Positions 52,396-63,700 of a stretch of DNA of 64,000 bases are shown piece after piece. The translations under genes and the position numbers were made by a program. Source of the stretch: a virus; the IMG/VR virus record IMGVR_UViG_3300005337_000002. One strand, 5' to 3'. The notes under the pieces were generated by a model. That model did no database searches. It had not been told where the DNA came from and saw only the letters and a program-made list of their open reading frames with translations. Position 1 is the stretch's first letter; each line of letters begins with the position of its first letter.

Positions 52396-52824
52396 CTAGG
52401 TCGCCTCCACGGTGATCGGTGCCGCCCACGCCGTTGCCATGGTGTGCAGGGCAATCACAAACAGCGCCGGCACATCGGACGTGAGGACCAGCGTCGGATC
52501 CTCCGTCGTCAGGGCCAGCGGTGCGCCATTGACGACCAGCGTACATGCTTCAAACGGGTCAATGGTCACGGTACAGGTGGCCACGGCATCGGCGACAAAG
52601 GGGTTGGGCGTCGCCGTGATCGTGAGTTCTTCCTTGGCACTGACCGCGCCCTCGACAATCGCGTACTGCTCCTGCCACACGCGCGGATCATGCGCGTCGT
52701 CGGTCAGCAGATAGCCATAGGTCGGGTCGTCGGGCACGATTTGGGCTTGTGTCAGGCCGAGACTGCTGCCCTGAATCACGGCATCGATGAACCCCGTATC
52801 CAGGCGATATTTCAGGAGGGCCAT
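52396..52824 (-). CDS. Tail-associated hypothetical protein
   Basis: Between J and the fibre; RBS. Confidence 0.55.
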   Translation of the reverse strand: MALLKYRLDTGFIDAVIQGSSLGLTQAQIVPDDPTYGYLLTDDAHDPRVWQEQYAIVEGAVSAKEELTITATPNPFVADAVATCTVTIDPFEACTLVVNGAPLALTTEDPTLVLTSDVPALFVIALHTMATAWAAPITVEAT

Positions 52825-52828
52825 GTCA

Positions 52829-55800
52829 TCACCTCTGCAGCCGCAACGCGATAAAGCTGACATCCGACACACTGAGGCCCCCCGAGCCCAGCGTCTGGTT
52901 CAGCGTCAGGTAAAAGCTCTTCCCACTGAGGGCGGAGGGCACCTGATAGAAGGCGTTCAGGGCGATACTGGTGGCGGTGCCGGCATCGGACTGGGCCGTA
53001 CTGTTCAGGATGTTGCCGCTGAGATTATTTTCCCGAATGCGCACGGTCATCGTCTGCCCGACGCCGCTACTGCCGATGCCCTGGGCCAGAAACAGCACGA
53101 CATCGCCCGGATTGAGCAGCGTGAAGGTCAGGCTCGCGACGACAGTTTCCGTCCCGCTACTCGAAATGATCGAGGCCGAGCTATAGAGGAGCGATTCCGA
53201 GACGGCGGCCAGCCCGATCTTGGGCGTGGTAATCGCGTACTCATCGACCTTGGGGGTCGTGACGGCGAGGGTCCCGATGCCGTGACTCGTGGCCCCGCTG
53301 TTGAAGTCCCACATGAGTTGGCCATCCCAACTCCAGATTTGCATCCCGTAGTCGATATTGGTCGCGCCGATCTTGCCGAGATAGACCCGTGCCGCGGGCG
53401 TATTCTGATTATCAAAGATCGTTATTAAATGGTTCGGGCCGTCGAGCGTAATGGCATCCCCGCCGACCCCGATGCTATAGACCGCCTGCAGGGCCCCGGC
53501 CGTGATTTTGGGGGCACTCAAGGTGAGAATTTTGGCATCCTCAATCAGCGCATTGGCAATCTGCGCTCCGACTGTAATGACCGCAAACTCCGTCTGGAGA
53601 TGGGCGGCCTCGATGCTCCCGGCCCGAATATGGCGCGCGACGACGGCCGCATCGCTAATGCCGGCCGTCTGCGCCCCATCGGTAAAATTCCACATGAGCA
53701 CGCCGTTCGCATCAAAGATCTGCATGCCGTAGGCCGTATTGAGCGTCCCCAGCTTCCCCAGGTAGACGCGGGGCACCGGCACATTCTGGCTATCGAAGAT
53801 GGTGATGAGATTATTCACCCCATCGAGCACGATATTGTTGACGCCGAGGCGCACCAAGGCTTGAATGGTCCCCGCCGTAATCTTCGTGGCAATCAGACTG
53901 CTGATAAACGTGCTGTCGAGCTGGCCGGCCGTCCCGGCGACGCCCGCAATCGCGGACGCGGGCTGAAAGGCCGCCGAGCCATTTCCCGACGTATCGACCG
54001 CGCGGAGCCAGTAATAGCGGGTGTCGTTCGGCCCGAGCCCGTCATGAATAAAATTACTCTCCCCGGTGCCAATGCGGGTCGCGCTGGCGCGGTTGTTCAC
54101 GGGCGCCGACCAGATCTCACTATAGGCATAGTCCCCGTCCGGCGGCGGCGTCCAGAGCAGCGCAATCGAGCGAATACTGCCCACGGCCAGCAGGTTCGTC
54201 GGGGCCGCAGGCGGCGTCGTATCCTTGGCGGAGATGATGGACACGTCGGCACTATAGCCGGAGACATTGTGGAATTTGTCAAACGTGAGGAGGCGCACCA
54301 TGACGGGCGTATTGCCGGGCACCGGAATATGAATGAGGTGCTGCCGCCGCTCCGGATTGTAGACGGTGGGGCTCGTGCTCGTATTGAGATAGACATGCAC
54401 CTCATAGCCGGCCACATCGCTTTCCATCGCCAGGTCCCAACTTGCCTCGACCCAACTCATCGTCGTGCCATCGGAACTCAGGTCCACGCCTGTCGTGAGC
54501 GCGAGCCCGGTCGGGTCGGCGGGCGGCGTGCTATCAAAGGAATCCGCCGTGATCCCGGCAGGCACAAAGCTGGCCGTATGCGTGGGAATGCCCGGCCCAA
54601 AACTATCGTAGGGCAAGATATACGTGTAATACGTCGCGCCGACCTGGAGCCCGCTCACAAAGATTTTGCTAAAGGCTTTCGCTTCCGCCACCGAAAAGGC
54701 ACTGAGATTGTCATAGATGGCAATCGGGGGATCCATGAGGTCGAGGTGAATCTCATAATGGTCAAAGTCGCGCGGTTGCACAAACTGCGAAAAATCAATA
54801 ATGACAAAGAGAAATGGCACGATTTCGGGGATCATGTCGCCCATGTCGGGCGGCGGATTATTCGCCTTGAGGATCGCCGGATCGAGGGAGATGCGATTGG
54901 TGTTGGTGCGAGCCCAGACGAAAAACCACATATCCCGGCGCGCCCCGCCCATCCCGGCCCGCGCCTGATCTTCGGCATTTTGCTCCAGCGTATAGGTCCA
55001 CTGAATCGCGACGCCCGGGGAGCCCGCCAGCACCGTGGTGCGCCGCATGAGGTATTGCTGCCCCGGCGCCCAGACCTCGACAATATAGTCCTGCACAAAA
55101 TAGGTTTGCGTAAAGAGCGGGCTATCGGCGACCGGGAGCCATTCGATATGGACATCACGCCCCTCAAAGTCCGTCACCCCCACCGCCTGGCCTTTGAGCC
55201 GCAACTGTTGCACCGTGCCCGGAAAAAAGTCGGGGGTCGTCGGCCCGGCGACGTGGATCATGGCTTCGCGCGCCCCGGTATTATTCGGCGTGCCGCCCTG
55301 GGAGATCGGCACGACGCGGTACACATAGGTCGTGCCGGTGAGCACGGTATAGTCATCGTAGTCGAGGACATGGCCCCGCAACTGGATGAGGGGAATAAAA
55401 TTGACGTTCGCATCGCTCGGGTCTTGGATCGCGCCAAAGTTGATGATGCCCGCTTGCGCGACGCCGGCCCCACTACTTTCGAGGACGGCCCGCCGCAGGA
55501 TGAGTGCCCCACCATACGGGCCAAAGCCCGCCGAGAGGGCCGCCACATCCCACGAGAGGTTGACCACGCGCAGACTCGCCCCGCTGGCTTGAATCCGCGT
55601 CACTTCGGTGAGGATGAGCGAGGTAATGGGCGGGGCGGGGCCGGCTGGGTTAAAGAGATTCGAGATGACGGGGAGACTCGTGGCCGTCGCCTCGTCATAG
55701 ATCGAGGGATTGTGGATGATCCCCTGGATATGGACCGTGGTATCGGATTTCCGCTGGAGGGCCGTGACGCGAAACACCTTCACGGCGGTGTCCACGGGCG

Positions 55801-58222
55801 TCAACTCGCCAAAGGCCCACAGGGTGCCGCGCGCCTGATCGGGGGTCTGGCTGAGCGCTGCTGCGAGCGTGATAGCACTGACGGTACTGGCGCCGGGATG
55901 ATTGACGGTCCGCACTTCGGTGGTGAGGTCCGTATGGCGAATATAGATGTGATAGGTTTTGCCCGCGACAAACGTGACGGGGAGATCGAGGAATAAGGTC
56001 GTCGTGGTACTGGTCGCCAGGAGCCGCCCCCCGGTGCCCCACCCCGGCAGCGGATGCGCAAAGCGAAAGAGGTCATGGCGTTGCACGCGGGCCGCATCCA
56101 GCGCCACGTCCATCTCGATAATCAGCGTCTCAAAGCGCCGGCGATTCAGTTCAAACTGGAGGGCCTGCATCACTTCACTCGGGACGGTGATGCCCCGCAA
56201 GTCGAGACTCGCCTTGCGGACCTCGGCGGGCCAGTCATCGACGGCGGGCCAGGTGATGACGTCTTGCAGATACCCATTCTCGGCATTGTTAAAGCGCCCC
56301 TCCATCACGTTAATGCGGTCGGGATCGCGGGTATACCGCAGCTTCACGTTGGTGCAATTCGCCCAGTTAAAGAGTTGGACGGGCGTTTCATCCCGTGTCG
56401 GGCGGGCGGTCCAGATGCCCTCATCCTTCAGGAGCAGCGTGCGGGCATTTCCGGCCATCTCCAGCAGCGCGGGTTGCGCCCGGAGTTCCCGGTCCAGACT
56501 ATAGTTAAATGTGTGGCGCGGCTTGCCGTTCACCGTCTGCGTATTGTAGGCCCACCAGGCACTGAAGGAGCCCAGGTCAATCTCCGCATCGGGGATGCCC
56601 AGGCCATAGCGCGGGTGCGTCATCATGTCCATCGTGCACCAGGCCGGGTCCTGGGAGTAATTCCAGTTCTGCGTGAACTCATTGACCCGAATGATGCGCC
56701 CGAGGATCTCAATCGTCACATTCGGCAGGGCGCCCTGGAGGGCATCCGTCGCCACGGCCCGCAACCCCAGGAGCGGCGTATTGGGATAGGCATTCGTGTT
56801 GTGCTGAATCTCCGTGACCGATTCAAGCGTGGGCATCCACTTGGCCTGGACGTCGTTCACCTGGCGGGCATGCGAGAACTCCACGTGCACATCATAGATC
56901 GCCAGCGGCAGGCCTTCACGACGGATGCCAAAGCGCACGGGCGAGGTACGCGCGGCCGCCACGTCAAAGAAGCTGAAATTGGTCCAGGTGCCCGCTGGAT
57001 GCACGCGGTACCGGTAGCCCAGGGTCGTCACGTTCTCTTCTTTTTCGCCCGTTTTCGTCAGGAAAAAGAGCCCTTCCTGAAACACGATGTTGAGGGCAAA
57101 CGCCTGCACGGCTTGCGTGGTGGTGTAGACGATGCCCGGATCCGCCGCGATCACGCGCCCATCCGCAAAGGTATTGGCCGTCTCGCCAAACTCCGGGATG
57201 GCGGTCTGGTCGCTGTACCCGTTGCGCACGTAGACGAGGACCTGCGGAAAGTTGCCGAGCGGCTGGCCATTCAGCTCCATCGTCTCGGTGAGGAACCCCC
57301 CGATGGGGCCTTCGCCAAAGCCGAGGAGCAGATTGAGCGTCGGGGCGGCCGCAATCGCATCGACGCGGCGGGTGGGGGCGGTCGCCGGGGTATCGAGCAC
57401 CACGAGGATGCCCCCGCCGGTATAGGCGCGCTGATCAATGCCCGCGGAGGACTGGAGGGACAGGGTGTTGTCATCGATGTAGGTGACGTACCAGCCGCCA
57501 TTCGCGGCCGTCTTGCCCGTCACGCCGCCAATATCGACATGACTGCCGGTACTCGCGCCATGGGTATTAGCCACCACGACGATGGGGTTGCCGACCGTGC
57601 CATCGAGGGACAGATCGCCGCCATAGACATTGTCAATGGCATGCGGCACGCCGGCGGTCGCCCCAGACGGATCGACGTCAATCACGGTCATGGCTTGCTC
57701 GACGGCGGCACTGAGGAGTTGGCCTGCCACGCGCACGCGGCCATAGTGGACGGGCACGACGTTGCCGGGGCCAATCGTGGTGCGGATGCCTTCAAAGCTG
57801 AACGTCGGTTCGTCCACGGCCTGCTGGATATGGGGCTTCGCGGGCGGAAAGAGCAAGTAGGTGAGGGCCGTCGTGGCAATGCCCACCGCAATGCCGACCG
57901 CCGCATAGATCAGGAGCGGGATCAGGACGCTACTCTCAATCCCCCAGCGCGGAATCAGCCACACTTCGTCCTGGTCCTGCACCAGCGTCGTCATGTAGGC
58001 CTCAGGCGCAATGACTTTCCCGCTGATACTGACTTGGGCCGCAGGGATGTCTGGGGGCAGCACATGCGCCAGCGGCACACCTGGGGTGAGCGGGAGCCGG
58101 ACGGTGCGCCAGTGGCGATCCGCGCCCCGCACGGGGGAACAGACAATCACGAGTTCCGCGGTGACAAGCAGCCCTTCACGCGGACAGGGCGGGGGACGGG
58201 GAAGCCTGCGCATACTCTTCAT
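52829..58222 (-). CDS. Tail tip/host specificity protein (lambda gpI plus gpJ-like)
   Basis: VPVHYG.VRVAG, GEGPI.G, YPNT.LLG, DPAWC..D....RYG.G, FN3 repeats. Confidence 0.9.
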   Translation of the reverse strand: MKSMRRLPRPPPCPREGLLVTAELVIVCSPVRGADRHWRTVRLPLTPGVPLAHVLPPDIPAAQVSISGKVIAPEAYMTTLVQDQDEVWLIPRWGIESSVLIPLLIYAAVGIAVGIATTALTYLLFPPAKPHIQQAVDEPTFSFEGIRTTIGPGNVVPVHYGRVRVAGQLLSAAVEQAMTVIDVDPSGATAGVPHAIDNVYGGDLSLDGTVGNPIVVVANTHGASTGSHVDIGGVTGKTAANGGWYVTYIDDNTLSLQSSAGIDQRAYTGGGILVVLDTPATAPTRRVDAIAAAPTLNLLLGFGEGPIGGFLTETMELNGQPLGNFPQVLVYVRNGYSDQTAIPEFGETANTFADGRVIAADPGIVYTTTQAVQAFALNIVFQEGLFFLTKTGEKEENVTTLGYRYRVHPAGTWTNFSFFDVAAARTSPVRFGIRREGLPLAIYDVHVEFSHARQVNDVQAKWMPTLESVTEIQHNTNAYPNTPLLGLRAVATDALQGALPNVTIEILGRIIRVNEFTQNWNYSQDPAWCTMDMMTHPRYGLGIPDAEIDLGSFSAWWAYNTQTVNGKPRHTFNYSLDRELRAQPALLEMAGNARTLLLKDEGIWTARPTRDETPVQLFNWANCTNVKLRYTRDPDRINVMEGRFNNAENGYLQDVITWPAVDDWPAEVRKASLDLRGITVPSEVMQALQFELNRRRFETLIIEMDVALDAARVQRHDLFRFAHPLPGWGTGGRLLATSTTTTLFLDLPVTFVAGKTYHIYIRHTDLTTEVRTVNHPGASTVSAITLAAALSQTPDQARGTLWAFGELTPVDTAVKVFRVTALQRKSDTTVHIQGIIHNPSIYDEATATSLPVISNLFNPAGPAPPITSLILTEVTRIQASGASLRVVNLSWDVAALSAGFGPYGGALILRRAVLESSGAGVAQAGIINFGAIQDPSDANVNFIPLIQLRGHVLDYDDYTVLTGTTYVYRVVPISQGGTPNNTGAREAMIHVAGPTTPDFFPGTVQQLRLKGQAVGVTDFEGRDVHIEWLPVADSPLFTQTYFVQDYIVEVWAPGQQYLMRRTTVLAGSPGVAIQWTYTLEQNAEDQARAGMGGARRDMWFFVWARTNTNRISLDPAILKANNPPPDMGDMIPEIVPFLFVIIDFSQFVQPRDFDHYEIHLDLMDPPIAIYDNLSAFSVAEAKAFSKIFVSGLQVGATYYTYILPYDSFGPGIPTHTASFVPAGITADSFDSTPPADPTGLALTTGVDLSSDGTTMSWVEASWDLAMESDVAGYEVHVYLNTSTSPTVYNPERRQHLIHIPVPGNTPVMVRLLTFDKFHNVSGYSADVSIISAKDTTPPAAPTNLLAVGSIRSIALLWTPPPDGDYAYSEIWSAPVNNRASATRIGTGESNFIHDGLGPNDTRYYWLRAVDTSGNGSAAFQPASAIAGVAGTAGQLDSTFISSLIATKITAGTIQALVRLGVNNIVLDGVNNLITIFDSQNVPVPRVYLGKLGTLNTAYGMQIFDANGVLMWNFTDGAQTAGISDAAVVARHIRAGSIEAAHLQTEFAVITVGAQIANALIEDAKILTLSAPKITAGALQAVYSIGVGGDAITLDGPNHLITIFDNQNTPAARVYLGKIGATNIDYGMQIWSWDGQLMWDFNSGATSHGIGTLAVTTPKVDEYAITTPKIGLAAVSESLLYSSASIISSSGTETVVASLTFTLLNPGDVVLFLAQGIGSSGVGQTMTVRIRENNLSGNILNSTAQSDAGTATSIALNAFYQVPSALSGKSFYLTLNQTLGSGGLSVSDVSFIALRLQR

Positions 58223-58608
58223 GTGAGCGGCCTCCAGCGGGCGACTTGGAGGAGGCGCGGGCGCCAATGCCGACAGCGCTCCAGACTGACGCCGCCCGTG
58301 TGTTCGCGGGCATGCACAAACAGGCCGCCGTCCAGCATGACGCCGACATGCCGCGCAAAGGGCAGCGTCTCGACCTTGGCGAGGATGTAGAGATCCCAGG
58401 GGCGCAGGAGCGGGAGCGGATCCGTCGCGGTGGTGTGCCACCACACTTCGACAAACTCCTCCGCGGCCGTCAGTTGATCCGTCGCGAGGTCAATGCCAAA
58501 GCCGTCCTTGTAGAGCAGGCGCACCAGATCCCAGCAGTCCGCGTGGGCGTAGGGCAGGCCCAGGTAGCGGTCGGCAATCGTGCGGGGATCGGGGATGGTC
58601 GTCAGCAT
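58219..58608 (-). CDS. NlpC/P60 tail tip protein (gpK-like)
   Basis: YLGLPY..ADCW.LV...HVGV.....FVHA. Confidence 0.85.
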   Translation of the reverse strand: MLTTIPDPRTIADRYLGLPYAHADCWDLVRLLYKDGFGIDLATDQLTAAEEFVEVWWHTTATDPLPLLRPWDLYILAKVETLPFARHVGVMLDGGLFVHAREHTGGVSLERCRHWRPRLLQVARWRPLT

Positions 58609-58632
58609 ACGAACAACTCTCTCAGTCCTCAA

Positions 58633-59136
58633 TTAACCATGCCTAGGTAAATTAGTAAAACCTGAAGTACTATTATACCTACGCTTAGGAACAAGTGTCC
58701 CGAGCGTATAGCCCTCGCAGACGAGATCAAATGTTGCCGTGAGGAAATCGGTTTCCACACTATCCACTTGCAAGATGGCGCCTGCGCCAAACGGGGTCTC
58801 GTTGGGCTGTTGGACGTCAATCTGCCACAGCGTCACCTGCCAGTTCGGGTCCACGCCCCAGTAGTTTTCGAGGAGTGATTGTATGGCTTGATCCACGTTT
58901 GCGGCCGTCACGCGGATATGGACGAGGGCGTCGGATGTCGGTTCCTCTAGTATATCGAGGTCCATAGGGAAGGCGGTAAAGACGAAGCCGTGGAAGGTCA
59001 CGTCCTGGTCGTAATTGACGATGCGGTACGGCGTGCCCGCCCCAGGAATGTCCACCTGCATCGCGGCGGTGATGACGTGATCGCTGGCGACACGGGCGTA
59101 TTCACGGGCGAGATTGGCGCTATAGATGCGCGGCAT
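58633..59136 (-). CDS. Minor tail protein (gpL/DUF1833-like)
   Basis: RIVN..QDVTF.G..F.AFP...NVD; position. Confidence 0.75.
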   Translation of the reverse strand: MPRIYSANLAREYARVASDHVITAAMQVDIPGAGTPYRIVNYDQDVTFHGFVFTAFPMDLDILEEPTSDALVHIRVTAANVDQAIQSLLENYWGVDPNWQVTLWQIDVQQPNETPFGAGAILQVDSVETDFLTATFDLVCEGYTLGTLVPKRRYNSTSGFTNLPRHG

Positions 59137-59138
59137 GG

Positions 59139-59735
59139 CTAGAGCAATTCCTCAATGGTGACGGTGAAATTGTAGGCTGGTGGCGTCTGGCCGCTGAGAG
59201 GGGTCAGTGTCTCTGGCCCGCGCAAGGTGACCGGGGACGCCCACGTATCATCACTAAAGATGCCGACGGCATTGGGGACGTAGACACGGACTGACCCCAC
59301 GCCGGCACCACCGGAGGTGCTGCCGTTTAGGCTAATTTGTACGCTATTGACACGTGTCAGCGTATAGAAACCGTTCTTGGCATTCCCGCCGGGTGAGGAA
59401 AATACACCACACATCTGCCCCGTGATGAGCCCATGCGCACCATTGAAGCTGAGTGTAATAGGTGTAGTAGCAAGAAAAGTAACATTATCCAAACTAGTAC
59501 TGTGATACCAGTCAAAGGGAAGTGTGCCAAAGCGTTGTGATGCTAAGAAATCGCGGATCAAATGCATTTCGTTCGTCGTTTTGCCAAAATATGAAAGTAC
59601 CCACCTACGCCTTGGCCGACTATGTTTAACACGCCGTATAGAGACGCCCGAGTCAGAATCGAACCGGAAGACGGGATCGATATAGTCGGGAACTGAAATC
59701 TCACTCGGGAGCGGCGTTTGCGGATAGGAGGGCAT
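59139..59735 (-). CDS. Distal tail protein (gpM-like) with inserted domain
   Basis: SG...R....RPRRRW.L.Y...F....G..PF.W; follows TMP. Confidence 0.75.
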   Translation of the reverse strand: MPSYPQTPLPSEISVPDYIDPVFRFDSDSGVSIRRVKHSRPRRRWVLSYFGKTTNEMHLIRDFLASQRFGTLPFDWYHSTSLDNVTFLATTPITLSFNGAHGLITGQMCGVFSSPGGNAKNGFYTLTRVNSVQISLNGSTSGGAGVGSVRVYVPNAVGIFSDDTWASPVTLRGPETLTPLSGQTPPAYNFTVTIEELL

Positions 59736-59767
59736 ATTTCACGCTGCTTTTCTGTTATAATATATAG

Positions 59768-59826
59768 GCGCGCGGCTCGGGTCTGCAGCCCGCCAAGCCA
59801 GCAACTCCACACTGGTCAGCCGCCGC
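59768..59826 (+). ncRNA. c4-like three-way-junction leader RNA
   Basis: TGtTATAAT promoter; loop caactccaca complementary to two tgtggag boxes, the second being the SD. Confidence 0.62.
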
Positions 59827-59870
59827 ACCCTTCTTCCTGTGGAGCCGCTCTCAATGTGTGGAGGTTGAGC

Positions 59871-60710
59871 ATGCATATTGAATGTATTTGCCAGAACCCC
59901 GACTGCAGAAGAGTCTTTTTTCGTAACCCATCGAGAATTAAAGATCCATTGAGAGTTTTTTGTAAGCGAACCTGCATTCGCCATGCCCCTTCTCTGTCTG
60001 AGAGATTTTGGAAAAACGTTGCCGTGTGCGAGCATGGTACTGAATGTCCCTATTGTTGCTGGGAATGGCTTGCAGGCCGCAGGCCAGAAGGCTATGGTCT
60101 TTTCAATGTATGTATAAATGGGAAATGGAAATCTGATCGTGCGCATCGCATTGCTTGGCAGTTGTGGAATAAGCGTCTTATTCCCAAAGGACTGTTCGGT
60201 TGTCACTACTGCTCGCACCCGCCTTGCTGTAATCCCTTCCACATTCGCCCAGGCACTGCGAAAGATAATTCGCAAGATGCAGTTAAGCGTGGGAGTCTCA
60301 TTGGTCGTTATCATGGCGTTCAGGCTCGCGGAGAACAGTTGCCGCAATCTAAGCTTAAAGATAGTGATATTCCACTCATACGTAAGATGTATGTTGATGG
60401 ATGGAAGATCAAACCGATTGCTGAGCATTTTGGGGTAGATAAAGTTGCCATCTATAATGTTGTTCATGGAAAAACATGGACACATATTCCCTCAACTATT
60501 TCTAATATAGACATTCTTATGCAAACGCATGCAAACAAAATGCGTGGCATAACACACCACAACGCGAAGCTAACAGAATCACAAGTCACATCGATGCGTC
60601 TGCTGTATGACCAGGGAGCGCGTCTCTGTGATCTCGGAAGGCAATTTTCCATAACACCAGAGCATGCAGGCCTTGTTGTTCGTCGTCGTATCTGGAAGCA
60701 CGTTCCCTAA
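59871..60710 (+). CDS. HNH homing endonuclease inserted antisense between TMP and Dit
   Basis: CWEW......GYG...RAHRIAW...CH.C..PPCCNP.H..GT..DN..D; two KL...HTH repeats. Confidence 0.9.
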   Translation: MHIECICQNPDCRRVFFRNPSRIKDPLRVFCKRTCIRHAPSLSERFWKNVAVCEHGTECPYCCWEWLAGRRPEGYGLFNVCINGKWKSDRAHRIAWQLWNKRLIPKGLFGCHYCSHPPCCNPFHIRPGTAKDNSQDAVKRGSLIGRYHGVQARGEQLPQSKLKDSDIPLIRKMYVDGWKIKPIAEHFGVDKVAIYNVVHGKTWTHIPSTISNIDILMQTHANKMRGITHHNAKLTESQVTSMRLLYDQGARLCDLGRQFSITPEHAGLVVRRRIWKHVP

Positions 60711-60716
60711 TACCCT

Positions 60717-63700
60717 CTAGCGCTGTGTCATTCTGAGCACGCGTGAGATCTTTGAGGCCTCTCCGCGCCCTAGGTCGTTCAGCACCTCATTCAGAATCAC
60801 TTGCTTCCCGAGCGCGCGCTGATCGGCGGCGCTTTGTTCGGCGGCGGCCTGGCTGGGAAAGTTCATAATGACGATCCCTGCGCCGGCCGCTTGCCCTCCG
60901 GCTGTCGGCGCAGCTCTAACAGCCGAGGCGAGCAAGGCTTGCATCTGGGGATGGTTGACGACATATTCGGGATTAACAGAACTATTCTCTCCAGCAAGGA
61001 TCGTCGTGGGCTTATTCACAATTGCGCCACCTTGAGCCGCAAACGTCGTCGCCAGGTTCATGCCACTGCCCGACAGATCTGCGCCATAGCCTGAGGGTCC
61101 CACGCCGCCACTCACCGCCCCGCCAATGGCACTCGTGAGGAGCCCGACGCCCAGGTGGATGAGACTCTTCCAGGCTTCTTGCGACGTAATCTGGATGATC
61201 GACTGCAAGATACTCCGTGCCATCTCCCGGAACGCCTGTCCCACCGTCTTCGTGTGATCAGCGATGCTGAGGAGCGCGTTGGTCCAGGACTGGCCCACCG
61301 ACTGGCCAAACGTTTCAAAAATTTGCACGGCCTCATTGAGCCGTTGCTGATGGCGCCAGGCGGCGTCTACCTGTTGGAGTTGCTGATCGCGCCCAGGCGT
61401 CAGCGGAATGCCCTCACGTTCACCCTGGCGTCGTAAGGCCATGGCGGGACTTTCATCACGCGGGCGGGTTTGCCCCATCAGCGATTCCAGTACGCGCTCA
61501 TCAAAGGCTGTCATCCGCTGTTCGAGTGCGCGCTGGGCATCAGCGTTTTGCTTCAGGGCGATAAACCGGTCCTTCAGTACCTCCACTTCTTCTTTGTAGG
61601 CGCTGCGCGTCTGCGCGAGTTGCATCACGGTATCGGCTGCCGTCGTAATTGCCGCATTGCCAGCAAATTGGGCTTTCAGCGCCGCCGCGGCATCCTCATC
61701 GCGCGCTTCTTTCGTCTGGGTATACGCTGCCTGGAGGCGTGCTAACGTCCCGAGGGCCTGTTCTTCATGCCGCGCCAAGGTCATCGTGACCGTATCGATG
61801 GCATCTTGATAGGTCTTCGCATCAGCAGCGGCTTCCCGGGCTCGTTCCTCTATGCGCCGGATATCTTCACGGCCTGTCGCATGCACGCGCGCCATCGCTT
61901 CACGGTCGGGGGTTTGCTCGTCCTTCCCGACACGCAGGGCTTCCTGCATGCGCTCGGCTTGCTGCACCACATCAAGCGGGCCGCGAGGAATCCGACGCAG
62001 GACGTCTTCAGCGAACGTGCTATTTTCTCCGGTACGCAGCGGGATCCCGCCATGGCTCGGCCCCGCGTTGTAGGCCGTGAGGGCTTTATTCATGTCCCCG
62101 CTAAATTGCTTGAGCAGATCTGCAAGGTAACTGAGCCCGGCCCGCAGATTGGTTTCCGGGTCATAGGGGGTCTCTCCAGCGCCATACCGTGCCGCCGTCC
62201 CCGGCATGAGTTGCAGGAGCCCCATGGCACCTGCCTTCGACCGCGCCCGTGGATCGTAGCCGGACTCCTGCTCGACCAGGGCTTTGGCGACACTCGGGTC
62301 AATGCCGCGCTCCCCCGCCAGCCGCGTAATTTGCTCGTCATACGGCGACGTCCGCATCCCCGGCTGCAGCCCCTGGCGGATCCCTGGCCCGAGCTTGTCA
62401 AATTCTTCGCGGATACTTTTGACCGTCTTTTCCCACGATTTGAGTTTGAGATCGGCGATGTCGAGGGCGGGAAGAAACTGGGCATCGAGGTCAATATTTT
62501 TGAGGGCTTTTTGGCCCTCCTCAAAGAGTTTCCGCAGGCGGTCCGGTACGCCGCGCATGGGATTGGCCGCGGCATAGTCGACGTCCTGCTCACTCTCCAG
62601 CATCTTCGCGTTATTCGCGATGATCTTTTGCTGTTCCGCCTGGAGTGCCTTGATCCGTGCAAGGGTCTGCTCAACGGTCATGCCCATCCGGGCAAAGCCC
62701 GCACTGAGATCAGGGTCCCCCGCCTCAAAGCGTGGGGAGAGTGAGGCACGTAACGCCTCAATTTCCCGCTGCCGGGTCATGATCTCCGGGCTTTGCTGCA
62801 GCGACGGCGGGACGACAGGGGCAGGGCCGCCCAGGTCGCGTTGCCGCTCTTCCCGCACCTCCCGCAAGGATTTCAGCATGTCGGCCAGGCTATTGTTGAG
62901 TTGCCCGAGCCACTGAATGAGCCCCGAGTTCGCCAGCGCGTCCTTGAGGAGCAGGATTTCGTTGCCGAGCCGATTGAACGCCGCCTGCGCACTGCCCGCG
63001 GCGGCCTCCGCTGCGGGGCCAAACTCGGTTTTGAGTTGACGGGCCATGGCTTCGAGGAACGGAATGGCTTCCGTATGCCCCTTGCGGATCATCTTGTCGA
63101 GTTCATCCGTCGTGACGCCCATCGCCCGCGCCGCAATCTGGAAGGCACCAGGGAGGGCATTGCCCATCTGCCGGCGCAATTCTTCCATGCTGACGGTGCC
63201 TTTGGACACCATCTGCTCAATGGCCGTGCCTAACTGATGGAGTTGGGCCTGGGTCGAGCCTGATGCCCGCCCAGCGAGCATGAAGGATTCAAAGACATTC
63301 TGGCCGCGGTCGCCTTCGAGTGCCGTCCCACGCGTCGCCGACGAAAAACGCCGATAGGTTTCGGTCAGCGAAGTCAGTTCCAGGCCAAAACGATTCGCAA
63401 AGGTGGTCAGTTGCTCAAAATTCCGCGCCCCGGCCTGTTGTCCCCCAAAGAGGGCGGCAAAGCCCAACCGGACGCCTTCCATGCGGGTACCCACCTCAAC
63501 AATCGAGGTGGCAAGACTGTGCATCGCCTGGACCGCGCCTTCAATGGAGGTGACAATGCCCAACGCCCCGGCGACGCCGAGGAGGCGCTGCCCGATGGCT
63601 CCGAGTCCTCCCAGGCTACTACTGAGACTCCCGCCGGTGTTAATGCCAAACTGCTGGAGCGTCCGGAGTTCCCCCTGGGCTTCCCGGATGCCCGCTGCGA

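Noticed and set aside
42265-58222. Diversity-generating retroelement or invertible fibre cassette
   Set aside because: No reverse transcriptase or invertase seen, and no near-identical TR/VR pair; the paralogues are old and diverged
42166-58390. Very long + strand ORFs (808, 539, 470, 855, 778 aa)
   Set aside because: Antisense shadows of high-GC structural genes with no recognisable motifs
59768-59826. tRNA gene
   Set aside because: Only two inner arms, no T-loop or CCA; better explained as a c4-like RNA
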